Of a DNA stretch of 34,301 nt, positions 16,954-25,970 are shown piece after piece. Source of the DNA: Trebonia sp. (GTDB taxonomy: Bacteria; Actinomycetota; Actinomycetes; Streptosporangiales; Streptosporangiaceae); assembly GCA_035552855.1 (NCBI GenBank), contig DASZKN010000123.1, forward strand, positions 1 to 34,301, read 5' to 3'. A program made the position numbers and the translations under genes. Position 1 is the stretch's first letter; each line of letters opens with the position of its first letter. The notes beneath the pieces were generated by a model. It had not been told where the DNA came from. It searched no databases and worked only from the letters and a program-made list of their open reading frames with translations.

Positions 16954-19086
16954 ATGGCATTCGATCCTGCCCGCTGTCCCCACGCGCGGCGTCTCGACCT
17001 GGTAGAAGACCTCTTCGGCCACCAGGTAGCGGACCCCTATCGGTGGCTGGAGGACGCCGGCTCGGCGGAGACCGGGCAGTGGCTCGACGCCGAGGAAAGG
17101 CTGTGGGACGCGTACCGGGCGGACCTGCCCGGGCGCGCGGAATTCGCCGGGCGGGTCCGCGATCTGCTCCAGGTCGGAAGCGTCGGCGTCCCGGTGTGGC
17201 GCGGGGCACGGCGGTTCTATACGCGGCGCGACCCGGGCCAGGAGCACGCGGCCGTGTACATGTCCGACGCGGGTGACGCGGCTGACGCGGGTCGCCCGAG
17301 TGACGCCAGTGACGAGAGCGCCGCGGGCGCGGAGCGGGTGCTCGTTGATCCGGCCGCGGCCGACCCGTCCGGGCGGACGACGCTGGATCACTGGGCACCC
17401 GACAAGGAAGGGCGGCTGCTCGCCTATCAGCTGTCGGCCGGGGGCACCGAGGAATCCCTGCTGCGCGTGCTCGACGTCGAGACCGGCACGGTCGTGGACG
17501 GGCCGGTCGACCGGTGCCGGTACTCCGGCATCGCGTGGCTGCCCGGCGGCAAGGCGTTCTACTACGTGCGGCGGCTGCCCCCGGCCGAAGTGCCCGAAGG
17601 CGAGAGCCAGTATCACCGCCGCGTCTACCTGCACACGGTGGGGACGGCGCCGGAGACGGACATCCTGATCTTCGGCGAGGGACGCGACAAGACCTCGTAC
17701 TACGGCGTCGGCGTCAGCCGGGACGGCCGCTGGCTGACGATCTCCGCCTCGGTCGGCACCGCGCCCCGCGACGACGTGTGGCTCGCCGACCTCACGAGCT
17801 CGGACCCGGCCAGCCCGGCGCTCGTGCCGGTCACCGTCGGCCTGGATGCCCAGACCGCCATCTGGCCTGGCCGGGACGGGCGCCTGTACGTCTACAGCGA
17901 CCTGGACGCGCCCCGCGGCCGGCTGGCCGTCGCCGACCCCGGCCGGCCCGGCCCGGACGGCTGGCGCGACCTGATCCCGGAGGATCCCGAGGCGGTGCTG
18001 CGGGACTTCGCCGTCCTCGACGACCTCGCCCGGCCGGTCCTGCTCGTCTCCTGGACCAGGCACGCGATCGGTGAGATCACCGTGCACGACCTGGGCACCG
18101 GCGAGCGGCTGGACACGCTCGAACTGCCGGGCATCGGCACGGTCGGCGGCCTGGCGGAGCGGCCGGAAGGCGGCCACGAAGCCTGGTTCGGTTACACGGA
18201 CTACGCGACGCCGGCCCGGATCCTGCGCTACGACGCGGCCGCCGGACGCGTCGCGACGTGGGCGACGCCGCCCGGCGCCGCGGTCAGCCCGCCGGACGTG
18301 ACCGCGCGGCAGGTCACCTACCGCTCCGCCGACGGCACCCCAGTGCGCATGGTGATCCTGGCACCGGAGACGGGCGGCGGGCCGCGGTCCGCGATCCTGT
18401 ACGGGTACGGCGGCTTCGACGTCAGCATGACCCCCGGCTACTCCCCCAGCATCCTCGCCTGGGTCGAGGCGGGCGGCGTCTACGCGGTCGCGCAACTGCG
18501 CGGCGGCAGCGAGGAAGGGCAGGAGTGGCACCGCGCGGGCATGCTCGACCGCAAGCAGAACGTGTTCGACGACTTCCACGCGGCCGCGGAGTACCTGATC
18601 GCCGAGAGCATCACGGCGCCGGACCGGCTCGCCGCTTGGGGCGGCTCGAACGGCGGGCTGCTGGTCGGCGCGGCGGTCACGCAGCGCCCCGCGCTGTTCA
18701 CCGCCGCGGTCTGCTCGGCGCCGCTGCTCGACATGGTGCGCTACGAGCGCTTCGGCCTGGGCGAAAGCTGGAACACCGAGTACGGCACAAGCAATATCCC
18801 TAACGAACTGGGGTGGCTCCTTTCGTACTCCCCCTACCATCGGGTGGTCGACGGTACTTCGTACCCAGCGGCGCTGTTCACGGTGTTCAGCAATGACACA
18901 CGTGTCGCACCCCTGCACGCCTATAAAATGTGCGCGGCGCTGCAGCATGCCTCGGCGTCCCGGCGGCCCGTGCTGCTGCGCGCCGAAGCGCAGGTAGGGC
19001 ACGGTCAGCGCGCGGTGAGCCTGACCGCGGCCCTCGCGGGGGACTCGCTGGCGTTCGTGGCGCGTGAGACCGGGCTGATGCGGTAG
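16954..19086 (+). CDS. Prolyl oligopeptidase (S9A) family serine peptidase
   Basis: DPYRWLED, YGYGGF, LRGGSEEGQEWH, KQNVFDDF, catalytic GGSNGG, NDTRV and GHG. Confidence 0.95.
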   Translation: MAFDPARCPHARRLDLVEDLFGHQVADPYRWLEDAGSAETGQWLDAEERLWDAYRADLPGRAEFAGRVRDLLQVGSVGVPVWRGARRFYTRRDPGQEHAAVYMSDAGDAADAGRPSDASDESAAGAERVLVDPAAADPSGRTTLDHWAPDKEGRLLAYQLSAGGTEESLLRVLDVETGTVVDGPVDRCRYSGIAWLPGGKAFYYVRRLPPAEVPEGESQYHRRVYLHTVGTAPETDILIFGEGRDKTSYYGVGVSRDGRWLTISASVGTAPRDDVWLADLTSSDPASPALVPVTVGLDAQTAIWPGRDGRLYVYSDLDAPRGRLAVADPGRPGPDGWRDLIPEDPEAVLRDFAVLDDLARPVLLVSWTRHAIGEITVHDLGTGERLDTLELPGIGTVGGLAERPEGGHEAWFGYTDYATPARILRYDAAAGRVATWATPPGAAVSPPDVTARQVTYRSADGTPVRMVILAPETGGGPRSAILYGYGGFDVSMTPGYSPSILAWVEAGGVYAVAQLRGGSEEGQEWHRAGMLDRKQNVFDDFHAAAEYLIAESITAPDRLAAWGGSNGGLLVGAAVTQRPALFTAAVCSAPLLDMVRYERFGLGESWNTEYGTSNIPNELGWLLSYSPYHRVVDGTSYPAALFTVFSNDTRVAPLHAYKMCAALQHASASRRPVLLRAEAQVGHGQRAVSLTAALAGDSLAFVARETGLMR

Positions 19087-19114
19087 TACCTGCCCGGCAT
19101 GGGAGGGAACACCG

Positions 19115-22000
19115 CTGACTGCAGCTGAGAACACCGCCTGGTGGCGCCGGCGTGGTGACGTCACGGCCGTCGCGGCGCTTATCGCGTTGCCCGTGCTCAT
19201 CTTCGGCGTCCCCGCGCTCCTCGGCCACGCCGTGCTGCCCGGCGACGACATGACCCAGAACTTCCCGCTGCGCGTGCTCGCCGGGCGGGACATCCGGGCG
19301 GGGCGGCTCCCCCTTTTCGACCCCTACATCTGGAGCGGCGCCCCGCTGCTGGCCGGCTGGAACGCCGGCGCCGCCTACCCGCTGACCATGCTGTTCGCGG
19401 TGCTGCCTGGCGTGGCCGCCTGGAGCGCCGGGATGGTGATCACCTGGGCGGTCGCGGGCCTGTCCATGTTCTGCTTCCTGCGCGGGCTGCGGCTCGGGCC
19501 GCTGGCCAGCTTCCTGGGGGCGCTGTCGTTCGCGCTCGCCGGCGCCATGTCCGCCCAGGTGACCCACTTCGGGCTGGTCGCCGGGATGAGCTGGGTGCCG
19601 CTCGCGCTGCTCGCGGTCCGGCGGCTGTCCGGGCCACCGGGGCAGCCGGGGCAGCCGGGGCAGCCGGGGCAGCAGCTGGCCGTCCGGCTGTCCTGGACCG
19701 CCCTCCTCGGGGCGTCCCTCGGCCTCGTGATCCTCGCCGGCGAGCCCCGCGCGATCGTCGATGGCGCGGTCGTCGTCGCGGGCTACGCGATATGGCAGGT
19801 CACCCGGCTACGGCGGCGCGCCCTGCCCGCCGCGCTGTCGGTGGCGGGCGGCATGCTGCTCGGCCTGGGCCTCGGCGCGATCCAGTGGCTGCCGGGCATG
19901 GCGGCGATCGCCACGTCACAGCGCGGGAACGGTTCGCTTGCCCTGTTCTCCTCCGGGTCGCTGCCGGACCGGTGGCTGCTGCTCACGCTGGTGCCCGACC
20001 TGCTGGGCGGGTCAGGCTCGCTGAGCCAGCCGAGCTTCTTCGGCAGCTATAACCTCACCGAGGTGACGAGCTACGTCGGCATCCTGCCGCTCGTCGCCGC
20101 GTTCGCCCTGCTCGCCCGCGTCCGGCTGCGGCCGCGGCTCCCGGAGTGGCTCATCTGGCAGGTGCTGGCGGCGCTCGGCGTCGTGCTCGCGCTCGGCGGC
20201 AACACGCCGGCGGGCGCCCTGCTCTACCGGGTGCCGCTCTTCGGCGGCCAGCGGCTGCAGAGCCGGAACATCCTCGTCCTCGACCTGGCACTGGCCGTGC
20301 TGCTCGCCTACTGGGTCGACCACCCCATCCCAGTACGGGGGGCGGCGGGGAGCCGGCCGGACGCGTTCCGGAGAAAGGTTTCCGGGTTGCCTCATGGCGG
20401 GCGGCCACGGGGAGAGACACTGCTCGGCCTGCTGCCGCCGGCCGGCGTGCTCGCGATCGTCGTGCTGAGCGTGACCTGGGGCGCGGGCCTGCTGCGGTGG
20501 CTCGGGACCGGCGCGGCGGCGAGCGCGAGCGTGATCGGGCGGCTCGTGCCGTGGCTGCTGCCCTACGGGCTGATCGCGATCGGGGCGGCGGCGCTTGTCG
20601 TCTTCGGCTGGCGGCTGCGGCCGGCCTGGCGGGCGCGGCTGTGCGCGGGGATCGTGGTCACCGACATCGTGGTGTTCAGCGTGCTCGCCGTCGTCAGTGT
20701 CGCGCCGGCCGGGGCGAGCAGCGGGACGGCCGCGGCGGGCAAGCCGGCGGGGCAGGCGAGGCAGGCGGGCGGCACGGCGCTGACGCTGACCGCACGGGTA
20801 CCGAGGCCCGGCGTGGTCAGGTCGGTGTCACCGCGACCGGTGTCGGCGCTCGGCTACCAGGGGCGGTTCGCGATCTACGACCCTGGCTTGCTGGACACCA
20901 CCGGCTTGTCGGCGCTCATGCCGCCCGACCTCAACGGCATGAGCGCGGCCGGCATGCCGTCCATTCAGGGGTACACGTCGCTCGTCGACAGCGCCTACGC
21001 GGCGGCCACCGGGTCGCACGACGCAACCGGCGAAGGGCAGAACGTCCTGTCGCCCGCCGCGGTCAGCAACGGGACGCTTGACCAGCTAGACACGTCCGTC
21101 CTGCTCACGCTGCCCGCCTACCTGACGACCGGTTCCGCGGGAGCCGCTGGTCAGGGCCGGCGGCACCTCGGCCCGGACCAGCGCGCCACCTGGTACCTCG
21201 GTGCCGCGGCGCCGGTTGCCCGGGTGTCCGTGCCGGACGCGCACGCGCGGGCGGACGCCGCGGCCGGCATCGAGATCGGGCTGACCACGATGTCCGGCAC
21301 GACCCAGTGGTTCCGCGGACGAGCGGTGAGCGCCTCCGAACTCGCGATCGCCGTGCCCGCGGCGGTCGACAGCGTCGCGGTCGTCGCGCGCGCGGGGAAC
21401 GCGGCGGCCGCGCTCGGCGCCCCGTCCGTCGTCCGGCGCGACGGTCAGGTGCTGGTCGCGAACGGCCCGCTGCAGAACGCGCTGGTGCCGCCCCGGTGGC
21501 ACCTGACCGCCTTCGACGGGTCGTTCGCCGTGTTCAGCGACCGTTTCGCGGCCGGGCCGCTGACGATCGAGGCACTGCCCGGCGAGCCGGCGGCCGGGGC
21601 GTCCGTGCGGTACGTGAGCCGGGGGCCGGATGATCCGGTGAAGGCGATGGTGACTTCCGCGCACGGGATCCGGCTGGTGCGCGCGGTGGCGGCGATCCCC
21701 GGCTGGACAGCCACGTGGCGGCCGGCACACGGCGCCGCCGTCTCGTTGCCGGTCCGCGCCGACGGGCTTGTCCAGGTCGTGGCCGTACCGGCCGGACGGG
21801 GCACGGTGACCTGGCGCTACCGGTCGCCCCGGGTCACGGCGGGGCTCGCGCTGTCGCTCGCGGCCGCGCTGCTCATCTCGCTGTTCGCGCTGGCGTCGCG
21901 TTGGCCTCGGTTGTTCTCGTGGCTGGCGCGACGGCAGGAGAGGTCCGGTGACTGGGACGAGGAACTGGCCGCGGAGCCGCTGGAACGGGCGGGCGCCTGA
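19115..22000 (+). CDS. YfhO-like polytopic membrane protein (putative GT-C glycosyltransferase)
   Basis: Many TM segments, PGDDMTQNFPLR, LPLFDPYIWSGAPLLAGWNAGAAYPL, C-terminal PGWTATW...VPAGRGTVTWRY plus a final TM. Start inferred at CTG 19115 (GGAGG 8 nt upstream); the ORF track uses 19187. Confidence 0.72.
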   Translation: MTAAENTAWWRRRGDVTAVAALIALPVLIFGVPALLGHAVLPGDDMTQNFPLRVLAGRDIRAGRLPLFDPYIWSGAPLLAGWNAGAAYPLTMLFAVLPGVAAWSAGMVITWAVAGLSMFCFLRGLRLGPLASFLGALSFALAGAMSAQVTHFGLVAGMSWVPLALLAVRRLSGPPGQPGQPGQPGQQLAVRLSWTALLGASLGLVILAGEPRAIVDGAVVVAGYAIWQVTRLRRRALPAALSVAGGMLLGLGLGAIQWLPGMAAIATSQRGNGSLALFSSGSLPDRWLLLTLVPDLLGGSGSLSQPSFFGSYNLTEVTSYVGILPLVAAFALLARVRLRPRLPEWLIWQVLAALGVVLALGGNTPAGALLYRVPLFGGQRLQSRNILVLDLALAVLLAYWVDHPIPVRGAAGSRPDAFRRKVSGLPHGGRPRGETLLGLLPPAGVLAIVVLSVTWGAGLLRWLGTGAAASASVIGRLVPWLLPYGLIAIGAAALVVFGWRLRPAWRARLCAGIVVTDIVVFSVLAVVSVAPAGASSGTAAAGKPAGQARQAGGTALTLTARVPRPGVVRSVSPRPVSALGYQGRFAIYDPGLLDTTGLSALMPPDLNGMSAAGMPSIQGYTSLVDSAYAAATGSHDATGEGQNVLSPAAVSNGTLDQLDTSVLLTLPAYLTTGSAGAAGQGRRHLGPDQRATWYLGAAAPVARVSVPDAHARADAAAGIEIGLTTMSGTTQWFRGRAVSASELAIAVPAAVDSVAVVARAGNAAAALGAPSVVRRDGQVLVANGPLQNALVPPRWHLTAFDGSFAVFSDRFAAGPLTIEALPGEPAAGASVRYVSRGPDDPVKAMVTSAHGIRLVRAVAAIPGWTATWRPAHGAAVSLPVRADGLVQVVAVPAGRGTVTWRYRSPRVTAGLALSLAAALLISLFALASRWPRLFSWLARRQERSGDWDEELAAEPLERAGA

Positions 22001-22004
22001 GGCG

Positions 22005-22211
22005 CTAGCGTTGGGTGTGCCGCGGTTCGGTGTGCTGGAAGGGGTACAGGAAGCTGCCGGCCTGGATGGGATTGCCGCACACCCGGCAGATCGCCCGCAC
22101 CGGATAGTGGCCGACGTTGAAGAGATCGGCCTGGCGGCCGTCCGCCGCGCGGATGGACCCGGCCGCCGGTTCCGGCGAGTGGAAGCGGACTACGGGTTCC
22201 ATTGTGCGCAC
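22005..22211 (-). CDS. Small hypothetical protein with H...CxxC...H motif
   Basis: SD AAGGAG before GTG 22211 (or ATG 22202). MEPVVRFHSPEP...HYPVRAICRVCGNPI...FQH. Confidence 0.55.
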   Translation of the reverse strand: MRTMEPVVRFHSPEPAAGSIRAADGRQADLFNVGHYPVRAICRVCGNPIQAGSFLYPFQHTEPRHTQR

Positions 22212-22433
22212 CAGCCTTCTCCTTCCCGCTACAACGACCGCCATTCCTGACGGCCGACCGTAGCGCGTTCAACCCCGCGTTCTTGTCATAGCGCCCGTTT
22301 CCTCGATCAAAGACGGCCGGGCAACGGGGCACCGGTGAGCTGGGTCGCATTCTCGCCGTATGAGAGCTGCGAGCACTGGATATCGGTAGCCTCTCGGGAG
22401 AGCGAAATCCGCTAATCACCCCGGAGGCTTACT

Positions 22434-23783
22434 TTGCCGCGGCATGTCCACATATCGATCTTCGGCGCGACCCACGCGTCGTCGACGCTGACTGGCAGTT
22501 GCGGGGCACAGCCCGGCCTCGCATGCCGTCTGGTGTGGGACGTCTCGCACAACGGTCAGGCCGCCCAGCTCACCAACAACTTCCTGGCCGGGCCCGTGCA
22601 CCTGCTGCTGCGGGTGCTGTTCGTCGTGCTGCTCGCCCTTGTCATCCGGGCCGTGCTGCACCGGGTGATCAACCGGCTGACCGAGCGCGCGTCCCAGACC
22701 TTGCTGCCGCAGCTCAAGAACGGCGTCGTGTCGTCGCGCATCGCGCGCGGCAGGCGGCGCCGCCGGGCGCGCGGCGGCTCGCCGGACGGCCACGTGCGGT
22801 CCTCCCCCGAGCCTCCGGCTTCCCCCGAGGCCGAGGATTCCGCCGCGGCCAGAGCGGCCGCGGCCGTCGCCGAAGACGCGGGCGGTGCCCGGAACGGGAG
22901 CCAGGATGCCGCGGACTTGGTAGCCGCGGACTTGGTAGCCGCGGACTCGGTGGCCGCGACCAGCGGCGTGACGCGGGCCGGAGAACCGGGCGTCGCCGAG
23001 CAGTCGGGCGCCGCCGACACCGCTGTTTCCGTGGCCGACACCGCTGCTTCCGTGGCCGACACCGCTGCTTCCGTGGCCGGCACGGCCTCCGCCGCCGCCA
23101 GCGTGGAACACGCCCTGGTAGACGAACGCCGCCGCCAGCGTGTCCGCGCGCTCGGGTCGATCCTGCGGAGCGCCTCGTCGATCACGATCTTCGCGATCGC
23201 CGGCGTGGTGATACTCGGGGACCTCGGGATCAACCTGGCGCCGCTGCTGGCGAGCGCCGGCGTGGTCGGCATCGCGATCGGCTTCGGCGCGCAGAACCTG
23301 GTCCGTGACTACCTGTCCGGCGTCTTCATGCTCCTGGAGGACCAGTACGGGGTCGGCGACGTGATCAGCGTCGGCAACGCGACCGGCACGGTGGAGACCG
23401 TGACACTGCGCATCACCAGGATGCGCGATGTCAACGGCATCGCCTGGCACATCAGGAACGGCGCGATCGAGACCGTCGGCAACGAGTCGCAAGGCTGGGC
23501 CCGCGCGGTCGTCGACTACCCGGTGCCGTACGCGGCCGACCTGTCCACGATCAAAGAGATCCTGGCGAACGCGGCCGAGTCGATGTGGGCCGAGCCGCTG
23601 TGGCGCGCGGTCATGCTGGACACGCCGGAGGTCTGGGGCGCCCAGGAAGTCAAGGGTTCGCAGGTGACGATGCGGGTCGTCGTGAAGACCGCGCCGCTCC
23701 AGCAGTGGGGCGTCGAGCGGGAGATGCGCGCGCGGATCAAGGCCGCCCTGGACACCGCCGGCATCACACCGCCCAGCGGCTGA
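22434..23783 (+). CDS. Small-conductance mechanosensitive channel (MscS family) with low-complexity insertion
   Basis: LAPLLASAGVVGIAIGFGAQNLVRDYLSGVFMLLEDQYGVGDVI...GTVETVTLRITRMRD..G..WHIRNG. GGAGG 6 nt before the TTG. Confidence 0.92.
   Translation: MPRHVHISIFGATHASSTLTGSCGAQPGLACRLVWDVSHNGQAAQLTNNFLAGPVHLLLRVLFVVLLALVIRAVLHRVINRLTERASQTLLPQLKNGVVSSRIARGRRRRRARGGSPDGHVRSSPEPPASPEAEDSAAARAAAAVAEDAGGARNGSQDAADLVAADLVAADSVAATSGVTRAGEPGVAEQSGAADTAVSVADTAASVADTAASVAGTASAAASVEHALVDERRRQRVRALGSILRSASSITIFAIAGVVILGDLGINLAPLLASAGVVGIAIGFGAQNLVRDYLSGVFMLLEDQYGVGDVISVGNATGTVETVTLRITRMRDVNGIAWHIRNGAIETVGNESQGWARAVVDYPVPYAADLSTIKEILANAAESMWAEPLWRAVMLDTPEVWGAQEVKGSQVTMRVVVKTAPLQQWGVEREMRARIKAALDTAGITPPSG
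23013..23075 (+). repeat. Intragenic 21-bp tandem repeat x3 (ADTAASV-like)
   Basis: GCCGACACCGCTG(T/C)TTCCGTG x3. A further 15-bp repeat (AADLV) lies near 22908-22950. Confidence 0.85.
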
Positions 23784-23816
23784 CGCGCATCCCCCAGCAG
23801 CTAGGGTGAAAGTGTC

Positions 23817-24266
23817 ATGAGTGAGGACACTGCGCAGTCGCCCCGCACCTTCTACGAGGCGGTCGGCGGCGAGGAGACATTCACCCGGCTCGTCCGCCGG
23901 TTCTACGAGGAAGTCGCGGCCGACCCGGTCCTGCGGCCGGTGTACCCGGCCAAGGATCTAGGACCGGCCGAAGAGCACCTGCGGCTGTTCCTCATGCAGT
24001 ACTGGGGCGGCCCGCAGACCTACAACGAGCTGCGCGGGCACCCCCGGCTGCGGATGCGCCACGTGCGGTTCCGCATCGGCGCGACCGAGCGGGACCTGTG
24101 GCTGCGGCACATGCGCACGGCGCTCGACGAGCTCGAACTTGGCCCCGCGCTCGACGCCCAGCTGTGGGACTACCTCGTGATGGCCGCCGACAGCCTGGTG
24201 AACGCCGTCCCGGAAGACACGCCGGACGCCGGCCACCGCGGCGACCTCGGGATCAGCCCGGCCTGA
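23817..24266 (+). CDS. glbO: Group II truncated hemoglobin
   Basis: [53 protein letters not shown]. Confidence 0.92.
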   Translation: MSEDTAQSPRTFYEAVGGEETFTRLVRRFYEEVAADPVLRPVYPAKDLGPAEEHLRLFLMQYWGGPQTYNELRGHPRLRMRHVRFRIGATERDLWLRHMRTALDELELGPALDAQLWDYLVMAADSLVNAVPEDTPDAGHRGDLGISPA

Positions 24267-24292
24267 CCTCGCCGCCTACTAGTTGGGGGCGC

Positions 24293-25957
24293 CTAGTTGC
24301 GGGTCAGCTTGCGGTACGTGACCCGGTGCGGGCGGGCGGCCTCGGCGCCGAGCCGCTCGATCTTGTTCTTCTCGTAGGCCTCGAAGTTGCCCTCGAACCA
24401 GAACCAGCTGGCGCCGCCTTCCCAGGCGAGGATGTGCGTCGCCACCCGGTCCAGGAACCACCGGTCGTGGCTCGTGATCACGGCGCAGCCCGGGAACTCG
24501 AGCAGCGCGTTCTCCAGCGAGGCCAGCGTCTCGACGTCCAGGTCGTTGGTCGGCTCGTCGAGCAGCAGCAGGTTGCCGCCCTGCTTGAGGGTGAGTGCCA
24601 GGTTCATCCGGTTGCGCTCGCCGCCGGACATGACGCCTGTCGGCTTCTGCTGGTCCGCGCCCTTGAACCCGAACGCCGCCACGTACGCACGGCTCGGGAT
24701 CTCGACGTTGCCGACGCGGATGAACGTCTCCCCGTCCGAGATCGCCTCCCAGACGTTCTTCTTGGGATCGAGGCGCGCCCGGTTCTGGTCGGCGTAGGAG
24801 ATCTGCACGGTGTCGCCGACCTTGATCGTGCCCGAGTCCGGCTTCTCATCGCCCACGATCATCTTGAACAGCGTGGTCTTACCGACGCCGTTGGGGCCGA
24901 GGACACCGACGATGCCGTTGCGCGGCAGGCTGAAGCCGAGGTCTTCGTACAGCACCCGGTCGCCGAAGCCCTTGGCCAGGTCGCTGACCTCGACGACCAG
25001 GTTGCCCAGCCGGGGACCCGGCGGGATCTGGATCTCCTCGAAGTCGAGCTTGCGGTTCTTGTCCGCCTCGGCCGCCATCTCCTCGTAGCGCTGCAGGCGG
25101 GAGCGGGACTTGGCCTGCCGGGCGCGCGGGCTGGACCGCACCCAGTCGAGCTCGTCGTCGAGGCGCTTGCGGAGCTTGACGTCCTTCTGGCCCTCGACCT
25201 TGATGCGGCCGGCCTTGGTCTCCAGGTACGTGGTGTAGTTGCCCTCGTACGGGTAGGCGTGGCCGCGGTCGAGCTCGAGGATCCACTGCGCGACGTTGTC
25301 CAGGAAGTACCTGTCGTGGGTGATCGCGATGACCGTGCCCGGATACTTCTCGAGGTACTGCTCGAGCCACTGCACACTCTCGGCGTCCAAGTGGTTGGTC
25401 GGCTCGTCGAGCAGCAGCAAATCCGGCTGGGAAAGCAGCAGCTTGCACAGCGCGACACGCCGCCGCTCACCACCTGACAGGGTCGTCACCGGGGTGTCGG
25501 GCGCCGCGCAGCGCAGCGCGTCCATGGCCTGCTCAAGCTGGCTGTCCAGATCCCACGCATCCTTGTGGTCCAGCTGCTCCTGCAGCTTGCCCATCTGCTC
25601 AAGCAGTTCGTCCGAGTAGTCGGTCGCCATCTTCTCGGCGATCGCGTTGTACTCGTCAACCAGCTTCTTCGTCTCGGCGACGCCCTCCTCCACGTTGCCG
25701 AGCACGGTCTTGCTCTCGTCAAGCTGCGGCTCCTGCGCGAGCAGGCCAACGGTGTGACCCGGCATCAGGCGCGCCTCGCCGTTCGACACCTGCTCAACCC
25801 CTGCCATGATCTTGAGCAGAGTGGACTTGCCAGTGCCGTTCGGCCCCACGACGCCGATCTTGGCCCCGGGGAGAAAGCTCAACGTTACGTTGTCAAGAAT
25901 GACCTTGTCGCCGTGCGCCTTGCGGACGGCGCGCAGCTGATATATGAATTCCGGCAT
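24293..25957 (-). CDS. ettA: Energy-dependent translational throttle protein EttA (ABC-F)
   Basis: 554 aa from MPEFIYQL...SFLPGAKIGVVGPNGTGKS. Two ABC domains (LSGGERRR, LLDEPTNHLD; GPNGVGKT, SGGERNR, DEPTNDLD), linker PRARQAKSRSRL, C-terminal PHRVTYRKL. Confidence 0.96.
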   Translation of the reverse strand: MPEFIYQLRAVRKAHGDKVILDNVTLSFLPGAKIGVVGPNGTGKSTLLKIMAGVEQVSNGEARLMPGHTVGLLAQEPQLDESKTVLGNVEEGVAETKKLVDEYNAIAEKMATDYSDELLEQMGKLQEQLDHKDAWDLDSQLEQAMDALRCAAPDTPVTTLSGGERRRVALCKLLLSQPDLLLLDEPTNHLDAESVQWLEQYLEKYPGTVIAITHDRYFLDNVAQWILELDRGHAYPYEGNYTTYLETKAGRIKVEGQKDVKLRKRLDDELDWVRSSPRARQAKSRSRLQRYEEMAAEADKNRKLDFEEIQIPPGPRLGNLVVEVSDLAKGFGDRVLYEDLGFSLPRNGIVGVLGPNGVGKTTLFKMIVGDEKPDSGTIKVGDTVQISYADQNRARLDPKKNVWEAISDGETFIRVGNVEIPSRAYVAAFGFKGADQQKPTGVMSGGERNRMNLALTLKQGGNLLLLDEPTNDLDVETLASLENALLEFPGCAVITSHDRWFLDRVATHILAWEGGASWFWFEGNFEAYEKNKIERLGAEAARPHRVTYRKLTRN

Positions 25958-25970
25958 ACTGTCCAGCCTA
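25958..25970 (-). promoter_or_regulatory. Probable leaderless -10 element of ettA
   Basis: TAGGCT (25970-25965), then 7 nt, then ATG. No SD sequence. Confidence 0.65.

Noticed and set aside
18780-18930. Local drops in GC3 inside genes (also ftsK 3' end, ettA 5' end)
   Set aside because: Reading frames and motifs are intact. The effect cannot be quantified by eye, and there are no signs of insertion.
16954-19086. Prolyl oligopeptidase as the lanthipeptide leader peptidase (FlaP-like)
   Set aside because: It lies 13 kb from lanKC within the HNH-mscS-glbO-ettA housekeeping block, with no direct link visible.
22245-22433. Possible riboswitch in the mscS divergent region
   Set aside because: Only short hairpins; no conserved c-di-GMP, c-di-AMP or other aptamer motif recognised.
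11-25477. Other long Arg/Gly/Pro-rich ORFs (e.g. 11..1381, 3987..6230, 9229..10917, 16927..19293, 24098..25477)
   Set aside because: They overlap well-supported genes in other frames or strands, as expected from stop-codon scarcity at high GC.
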